DNA from: the human T2T-CHM13v2.0 reference genome, Homo sapiens
Assembly: GCF_009914755.1 (NCBI RefSeq)
Contig: NC_060927.1
Reading direction: 5' to 3' (one strand)
DNA length: 64,000 bases
Shown: in pieces, positions 43,476-64,000 of the stretch
Layout: each line of letters opens with the position of its first letter
Position numbering within the stretch: position 1 is the stretch's first letter
Notes under the pieces: generated by a model
What the model was told of the DNA's origin: nothing
What the model saw: only the letters and a program-made list of their open reading frames with translations
Database searches by the model: none
Translations under genes and position numbers: made by a program

Positions 43476-43542
43476 TTTCTGCAGTGTGTATACAAATTAC
43501 TATCTACAGATGAATCTGAGGTTTATGATCAGAGAACAAGAT
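43476..43542 (+). repeat. 67-bp copy of 43833-43899
   Basis: tttctgcagtgtgtatacaaa(t/g)tactatctacagat(g/a)aatctgaggtttatgatcagagaacaagat; 2 mismatches. Confidence 0.97.
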
Positions 43543-43898
43543 ACATAAGCAGTCAGTAATGCTGAAATGAATTTACAAACCGACGTAAAATTGGCTTATT
43601 CCACAGAGAGAAGGAATTCAATTTTATTACCGCCTGTTAAAATGTATCTCTCTGTGGGCCGTGACTCTTTCTATTGACCTATTGCTTTTCATTTTCTAAT
43701 TTTATCCATTAGCCAGCCTCCTTCTGACCTGGAGTCAGGGTGACAGTCTTGTTTGGTGACTGCTCCACATAGCTAACTTCAACCACTGTCTTTTATTTGC
43801 CAAATTCTGAATAAAGTCAGAGGCTTATATAGTTTCTGCAGTGTGTATACAAAGTACTATCTACAGATAAATCTGAGGTTTATGATCAGAGAACAAGA

Positions 43899-44588
<690 letters not shown>

Positions 44589-44821
44589 GAGTTAAATGGA
44601 ATACAAACCAGCAGGGAACTCCCACATCAGTTACCAGGGTTCTGCTATCTCTCACTAAAGCTAACAAGACTGTCAATCCCCCTCTCCCTAACCTCTAGTT
44701 TGAAAATCCCCCCTACTTTATAATACTTTGCCAGGGGCTAAACCCTTCATAGAAGACAGGTGTAAGGTACAGAGACCTTGACACATACTTCAGGCTGATA
44801 GGTGTTTCCAATCAAGAATGG

Positions 44822-47640
<2,819 letters not shown>

Positions 47641-48368
47641 AAATAAAATATAAGGGACATGAAATAAAGCAAATTACCATGACAGGAAGTCAGGTAACAA
47701 GCCTTGCCAGTCTACAAGTGCTTTGGGACAAGATGTAGGGACAGCTGAGTGGGATTTCCCAGCATTTCCTGCAATTGAGCAAGGTTCAACTGCTTGCAAG
47801 GTTAATGAAATATGGCTAGTCACCAAAGGAAGTTAAACAGTAGCAAAGATCCAAAACAAAGTTACCTGCAGGAGAAGATACCTAGGTTTATTTCCATTTG
47901 CATTATTTGCTATAAATAGTGAGGCCTTGGCCTCCTTGTACCACCCTAAGGAAAAGGACTATTGTTCTTTCTTTGGTTTTATTGATAAATGAAAGAGCAA
48001 AGGTGGAAGGTGTACCCACAGTCGGTAAAATTCTCAGACTGAACCAGCTGGACTGAGGAAGAGAAACAAGAGATGGTATGCATAGGGATATCTGGTAGTC
48101 CAGACAGAAGTAAGTGAGAGAAGAGATATTTCTTCTCTGAAATATATCAGAAAGATAGTGGCTAATCCATCACAGACACAACAAATACAGGTTGAATGGA
48201 GGAACACAGACCCCAGTCAGTCTCACTATGTGGTTACTTATGTATGTAGTTCAGCTAAGTTATTTACATTCATGTTGGAATTGGACCTACAAGGTTTAAA
48301 CCTGACAGTTTTGAGAGACATTATCAGACACTCAAAAAAAGAAACCTGTTTAAAAATGCCTTCCCTGG

Positions 48369-49852
48369 CTCTCCCTCTCCCTCTTCCCTCTTCCCTCTTC
48401 CCTCTCCCCTCTCGCCTCTCCCCACAGTCTCCCTCTCCCTCTCTTTCCATGGTCTCCCTCTGATGCCGAGCCGAAGCTGGACTGTACTGCTGCCATCTCG
48501 GCTCACTGCAACCTCCCTGCCTGATTCTCCTGCCTCAGCCTGCCGAGTGCCTGCGATTGCAGGCGCGTGCCGCCATGCCTGACTGGTTTTCGTATTTTTT
48601 TGGTGGAGACGGGGTTTCGCTGTGTTGGCCGGGCTGGTCTCCAGCTCCTAACCGCGAGTGATCCGCCAGCCTCAGCCTCCCGAGGTGCCGGGATGGCAGA
48701 CGGAGTCTGGTTCACTCAGTGCTCAATGGTGCCCAGGCTGGAGTGCAGTGGCGTGATCTCGGCTCGCTACAACCTCCACCTCCCAGCCGCCTGCCTTGGC
48801 CTCCCAAAGTGCCAAGATTGCAGCCTCTGCCTGGCCGCCACCCCTTTTGGGAAGTGAGGAGCGTCTCTGCCTGGCCGCCTATCGTCTGGGACGTGAGGAG
48901 CCCCTCTGCCTGGCTGCCCAGTCTGGAAAGTGAGGAGCGTCTCTGCCCGGCCGCCATCCCATCTAGGAAGTGAGGAGCGCCTCTTCCCGGCCGCCATCCC
49001 ATCTAGGAAGTGAGGAGCGTCTCTGCCCGGCCTCCCATCGTCTGAGATGTGGGGAGCGCCTCTGCCCCGCCGCCCCGTCTGGGATGTGAGGAGCGCCTCT
49101 ACCCGGCCGTGACCCCGTCTGGGAGGTGAGGAGCGTCTCTGCCCGGCCGCCCCGTCTGAGAAGTGAGGAGCCTCTCCGCCCGGCAGCCACCCCATCCGGG
49201 AGGGAGGTGGGGGTCAGCCCCCGCCAGGCCAGCCGCCCCATCCGGGAGGTGAGGGGCGCCTCTGCCCGGCCGCCCCTACTGGGAAGTGAGGAGCCCCTCT
49301 GCCCGGCCACCACCCCGTCTGGGAGGTGTACCCAACAGCTCATTGAGAACGGGCCATGATGACAATGGCGGTTTTGTGGAATACAAAGGGGGGAAAGGTG
49401 GGGAAAAGATTGAGAAATCGGATGGTTGCCGTGTCTGTGTAGAAAGAAGTAGACATGGGAGACTTTTCATTTTGTTCTGTACTAAGAAAAATTCTTATCC
49501 TGTTGATCTGTGACCTTACCCCCAACCCTGTGCTCTCTGAAACATGTGCTGTGTCCACTCAGGGTTAAATGGATTAAGGGCGGTGCAAGATGTGCTTTGT
49601 TAAACAGATGCTTGAAGGCAGGATGCTCCTTAAGAGTCATCACCACTCCCTAATCTCAAGGACCCAGGGACACAAACATTGCGCAAGGCCGCAGGGTCCT
49701 CTGCCTAGGAAAACCAGAGACCTTTGTTCACTTGTTTATCTGCTGACCTTCCCTCCACTATTGTCCTATGACCCTGCCAAATCCCCCTCTGCGAGAAACA
49801 CCCAAGAATGATCAATAAAAAATAAAAAAATAAAAATAAAATAAAATAAAAT
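48369..49852 (+). mobile_element. Full-length SVA retrotransposon (SVA_C/D-like, short VNTR)
   Basis: CCCTCT hexamer head, Alu-like domain, GC-rich VNTR ~48820-49325, SINE-R, AATAAA and A-rich tail; TSD aaatgcct(t/a)ccctggct. Confidence 0.97.
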
Positions 49853-50273
49853 AAATGCCTACCCTGGCTGTAGAATAATTTGTGTTATGATACCACCTAG
49901 TGGTCAATGGTAAATGTATGTTTTCAAGTTAAGCATGTACAAGCAAAGGCACAAAGATATTCAATACATATGTAAAATGCACGTCCACAAGGATCACTGT
50001 CCTTTATAAGCTGATAGTCAATGTTTTGAAAACCATTGTTTTTCATATATATTTTCCCCTTTTAAATTGTTTTCTCTACCTTTTCCTTAATGGTAGTTAG
50101 TATTCCGTGGTATGGAGTTGTCTTCATTTATTTAGCCAATCTTCCACAATGATCTTGTGAGATATTTTCCAATTTTTTGCTATTTCAAAGCATATTACAA
50201 CCACCATCTTTTTACATGTAACTTGTCTTCCTTTGCATGATAACTGTGCAGACACATGTCAATAGAGGGCTCT

Positions 50274-50560
50274 GGCCGGGCCCGGTGGCTCACGCCTGTA
50301 ATCCCACCATTTTGGGAGGCCAAGGTGGGTGGATCACCTGAGGCCAGGAGTTCGAGACCAGCCTCGCCAACATGGTGAAACTCCGTCACTGCTAATAAAA
50401 CAAAAATTAGCCAGGAGTGGTGGTGCATGCCTGTAATCCCAGCTACTTTGGAGGCTGAGGCAGGAGAATTGCTTGAACCCAGGAGGCAGAGGTTGCAGTA
50501 AGTTTGCGCCATTGTACTCCAGCTTGGGTGACGAGCAAAACTCCACCTCCAAAAAAAAAA
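50274..50560 (+). mobile_element. AluS
   Basis: Full Alu. Confidence 0.92.
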
Positions 50561-50589
50561 CAAAAGTTCATTTCTTTCTTGTGCGGAAA

Positions 50590-52377
<1,788 letters not shown>

Positions 52378-52379
52378 TT

Positions 52380-53179
52380 TCTGTAATATCCTTTCCGAAA
52401 ATGCATAACCTTATTCTAACCATGAGAAAACATCAAACAAACCCAAATTGAGGGGCGTTCTCCAAATTTCTCCAAACTGACCAGTAGTCTTCAAAAACTG
52501 TCAAGATCATTGGAAGATAAAGAAAGACTGAGGACATTAGAAGAGACTCAGAGCCTGGGCGGTATGGCAAGGCTCTGTCTCTCAAAAAAAAAGGTTTGAA
52601 AAAATTAGCTTGACATGGTGGCATATGCCTATAATCCTAGCTACTAGAGAGGAGGAGGTAGGAGAATCACTTGAGCCCAGGAAGTCAAGGCTGTAGTAAG
52701 CTATGATTGTGTGACTGTACTCTAGTCTGGGTGACAGAGCAAGACCCTAACTCTAAAATAACAGCAACAAAAGACTAGGAGAAGGCTGGGCAACAAAGTG
52801 AGACCTCGTCTTTACAAAAAAACAAAAAAATGAGGTGAGTGTGGCGATGTGTGTGTACAGTCCTAGCTACTTGGGAGGACTATAAGTACACACCACCACA
52901 CTCACCTCTTTTTTTTCTTCAGGAGGCTAAGGTGAGAGGATCCCTTGAGTCTGGGGTTAGAGGCAGCAGTAAGTCACGATCATGCCAGTACACTCCAGCT
53001 TAGGCTACAGAGTAAGGCACTGTCTCAAACAAAACAAAACAAAACAAAACAAAACAAAACAAAAAGACTAAAGAGAAATAATAACTAAATGCTATGTGAA
53101 TGTGAAATCCTGGAACAGAAAAAGGGCATCATTGGAAACACTGCTGAAATTTGGATAAGTTCTACGCTTTAAATAATAG
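52380..53179 (+). mobile_element. L1MC 3'UTR remnant with two partial AluJ; resumes at 57147-57285
   Basis: aaatgcataaccttattctaaccatgagaaaacatcaaacaaacccaaattgagg. Confidence 0.7.
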
Positions 53180-53181
53180 TA

Positions 53182-57146
<3,965 letters not shown>

Positions 57147-57286
57147 TGTTATACCAAGATTAATTTCCTGGTTTTAATGACTGTACTATGGTTATATAAG
57201 AAGGTAGCATTAGATGAAGCTGATTGAAAGGTATATGGGAATTCTCGGAACTTTTTTCTAAGTCTGAAATTAGATAAAAATAAAAG

Positions 57287-57996
<710 letters not shown>

Positions 57997-58299
57997 TTAT
58001 TTCATATTTTTTCAGTTTTTAAAAGTATTGTCTTATGTTTTAGTAAGAGAACATATCTGAACTCCCAAAATAAGAGAATGGAACTAAGAAATTAGCTAAA
58101 ACCGCTGTCAACCTGGCGTGACAGTGGACACTCAGCTTTTTCCCTTCAGGAGCAGCAGTCTTTTCCCCTGAGGAGCTGGACACAGTGAGGAGCTTGACAT
58201 AGTGAGGGGAAGCAGGGAGAACAGACTATACTAAAATAATCTAGCCAGCCACCAAATAAACAGAGGAAGGGGACAGTATACAGAGTTACTACAATGTAT

Positions 58300-59077
58300 T
58301 GTGTCCGGAAATGGTTCCTGCCGGTGGGTTCTTGGTCTCGCTGACTTCAAAAATGAAGCTGCGGACCCTCTCGGTGAGTGTTACAGTTCTTAAAGACAGT
58401 GTGTTCAGAGCTTGTTCCTTCAGATGTTCGGATGTGTCGGGAGTTTCCTCCTTCTGGTGGGTTCGTGGTCTCGCTAACTTCAGGAGTGAAGCTGCAGACC
58501 TTCGCTGTGAGTATTACAGCTCTTTAAAGGTGGCACGTCGGGAGTCGTTCCTTCCTCCAGGTGAGTTCATGGTCTCACTGACTTAAGGAGTGAAACTGCA
58601 GACCTTCACCCTGTTACAGCTCTCAAAGGTGGCAGGTCCAGAATGGTTGGTTTCTCCCACTGGGTTTGTGGTCTCGCTAGCTTCAACAGTAAAGCTGCAG
58701 ACCTTCATGCTGAGTGCTACAGCTCATAAAGGTAGTGCGGACCCTAAGAGCAAACAGCAGCAAGATTTATTAGGAAAAGCAGAAAAACAAACCATCCACA
58801 GTGACCCCAGGGGGTTGCAGCCCCTGTGCAGGTGGCCTGCTTTTATTCCCTTATTTGGCCCCACCCACATCCTGCTGATTGGTCCACTTTACAGAGAGCT
58901 GATTGGTCCATTTTACAGAGTGCTGATTGGTCCGCTTTGACAGAGTGCTGATTGGTGCATTTACAAACCTTTAGCTAGACCCAGAGTGCTGATTGGTGCA
59001 TTTACAATCCTTTAGCTAGACAGAAAAGTTCTCCAAGTCCCCACTCAACCCGGAAGCCCAGCTGGCTTAACATCTCA
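58300..59077 (-). mobile_element. HERV9 solo LTR (short LTR12 type)
   Basis: tgtgtccggaa..ttcttggtctc to ccagctggcttaacatctca; ATTGG repeats; TTTTATT at 58841; 4-bp TSD gtat at 58296-58299 and 59078-59081. Confidence 0.95.
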
Positions 59078-59302
59078 GTATTACTAAAATGTTACTGACA
59101 AAAACAATTATAGAACATACAAAGAAACAAGAAAGTGTGATTCACTCTAGAAAACAAACAACAAACAAAAAAATACAGGCAACAGATACTGCATGTGAGA
59201 GCAAGCAGACTTCAGATTTAACAAACAAATCCTTCAAAGTATAATACTTGTTATAGATATGTTGGAACAAACTAAAGGAAACCATGATTAAAGAAGTAAA
59301 GG

Positions 59303-60255
<953 letters not shown>

Positions 60256-60693
60256 GGAGTTACAGACTGATAAGTCACACCTGTAATAGGTGTGAGCCAC
60301 CGCACCTGGACTAACCTGCATATTTGTCAATAAAATATCCCGAGTAAATGTGGCAAGCATTGAGCTTTGTTCAATCTGGGTGGTAAATAGACTTGTCATA
60401 TTATATTCTGTACTTTTCAGTGTTTTGAAAAATCTCATAATGATGATGATGATAAAAACATTATTCCTCAAATTCCCCATACTTATAGTTGAAATAATTT
60501 ATTGGATTTATGTTTCAAAGAATAATAAAAGTATATCTAAAATATATATTTTTTTACAAGTAAATTTAAAATGTCCACAGGAGATGGCACCAATAGATCA
60601 TTGAAAAACACTCTTCATTGGTAATTTGACACAGAATTACAAAATACAGATACAATAGTGAAAATCCCATTATACTATTAATACTTCTATTAA

Positions 60694-62520
<1,827 letters not shown>

Positions 62521-62539
62521 AAAATTAAAAATAAATTAA

Positions 62540-62960
62540 AAAAGGAGGAATCAAATAGTAGGAATTGGATGGAAGAGCTGAGAAACCAAGCAAAGGAGTA
62601 AAGCAACCCAGGCCTTAGCAACAGAAGAATACCACCACCACCCTCAGCTACAGGAGAAAGGGAAGGATGGAAGAGATGTTTCTGACATCCAAGGGCTGGC
62701 GTCACTGAACAAAGCCAGAACCATCATGGGACTGTTTGGGGATAAAGCCTTTGCCAGAAAGACTTCTGAGGCAGACATGGAAAGGGAGAAACACCTTGCC
62801 CTTCCTCTTGCCCCATAATCTCTCACTGATGCCTTCTGTTGACTGAATTTCACTGAAGCCAGCTGACATGGGAGCCTGGGAAGCAGCCTAGAGGAGTGAG
62901 CCCTGTGATACAGAGCAGAGCAGAGCACAACAAGGACAAAATGTAGAGCCAAGGGCAAAG
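62540..62960. mobile_element. Old ERVL LTR (LTR33-like)
   Basis: gccttctgttgactgaatttcactgaagccagctgacatgggagcctgggaa; resembles positions ~30-200 in reverse. Confidence 0.5.
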
Positions 62961-63169
62961 GAAATCCCTTTCATGAGTTATAACCTTATAAATTATGGCT
63001 GAACTTTTTTTTTTTTTTTTTTTGAGACAGGTTCTCGATCTGTTACCCAGACTGGAATGAAATGGCAAGGATACTGCTCACTGCAGCCTTGACCTCCTGG
63101 GCTCAGGTGATCCTCACACCTCAGCCTCCCAAAGTGTTGAGATTATAGGTGTGAGCCACCACACCTGCC

Positions 63170-63353
63170 CCCACCTACCTTTAAAAACCCTTACTTGCAA
63201 GCCATCAAGAAGGTTGGATCTTAAGCATGAGCTGCCCAATTCTCCTTGCTTGGTGCCCTACAGATAAACACTCCTTTCTCCCACCACAAACCTTGGTGTG
63301 GGTATTTGGCCTTACTGTGCCAGGTGAAGGGACCCTGGTTCAGTTAGACAACA
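63170..63353 (+). mobile_element. 3' part of an ERV1-type LTR, family unassigned (preceded by deleted Alu 63005-63170, -)
   Basis: tcttaagcatgagctgcc..ttctccttgcttgg..ataaa..ttagacaaca terminus. Confidence 0.55.
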
Positions 63354-63779
63354 TAAATATTTGCAGTGCATGTGTACTACCCAAGTACATGACTTCATTG
63401 ACAAATAAGTATAATCCCAGGGCTTTGGGAGGCCAAGGCAGGTCAAACAAAATTTACCAGACTTGGGTCCAACGGTTACTACCACACTTTAAGTTAGCAA
63501 ATAGCTTTCCCTTGGAAGCTTGATTTGAACAGCCAGTGAAAGAGAAGCACAGTTGGGCCAGGGGCTTGATGTCCCTGGGTATGTTACTGCTTTGGAAAAA
63601 GGGGCAGAAATTTATGCTTTTGCACCTTTGTAGTACTTCTTGGTAACAGAGTGTTCCTGTGATGAATCAGTTGCAAAACCATTTGTAGTTTCCATCTAAA
63701 TCTTGATTATGGGAATAATAACACCTTGATTTAACCCTCAGGGACCTAGAAAGAGTCACATCTAGAGTCCAAGAACTCT

Positions 63780-63960
63780 TTTCAAGTTCTAGTTCTAATA
63801 CTTACTAGCTGAGCAAGTTGATCTACTGATTTACTTTTCAGAAATCAAAAAAAGCCGCACTTTCCTTATCTATAAAATGGGTATGAATATCCTTATCACA
63901 GGGATGTTAAGGATAAAAAGAGAAATAATTGTACAAACTCTGTATGAAACCATCAAAGGC
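63780..63960 (+). mobile_element. MIR
   Basis: cactttccttatctataaaatgggtatgaat..cacagggatgttaaggat core. Confidence 0.7.
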
Positions 63961-64000
63961 CATACAAAAGTAAAGACTGTTTAACACCCCGATATAGTGA

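Noticed and set aside
48503-49811. Pro/Arg/Gly-rich ORFs and repeat array
   Set aside because: SVA Alu-like domain, VNTR and SINE-R.
60561-60592. CTCF-like site acaggagatggcac
   Set aside because: Mismatches at core positions make it too weak to call.

Overview
Human-type genomic DNA: two AluYa5 copies and an SVA point to Homo. The window is extremely repeat-dense, with roughly 70 Alu copies or fragments, old and young L1 pieces, L2/MIR, MaLR/ERV LTRs and DNA-transposon fossils. I recognise no intact protein-coding gene, RNA gene or CRISPR array, and almost all ORFs in the track derive from Alu, L1, LTR12, SVA or Tigger. Firm features are: a full-length IGBP1 processed pseudogene (-), a full-length RPL30 processed pseudogene (-), two convergent HERV9 LTR12 solo LTRs, a full-length SVA, a full-length Tigger1, ERV-L pol remnants, two young AluYa5 insertions, and a 5'-inverted (twin-primed) L1. 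The most unusual signal is a set of at least six local templated-insertion or fold-back scars: short segments copied from adjacent sequence or up to about 1.6 kb away, with hairpin and microhomology junctions and no poly(A)/TSD. There is also a candidate spliced exon with a strong Kozak small ORF downstream of the LTR12C-type promoter. No novel biological system can be established from sequence alone. Repeat subfamily calls come from recalled consensus motifs, and boundaries are approximate unless a TSD is given.
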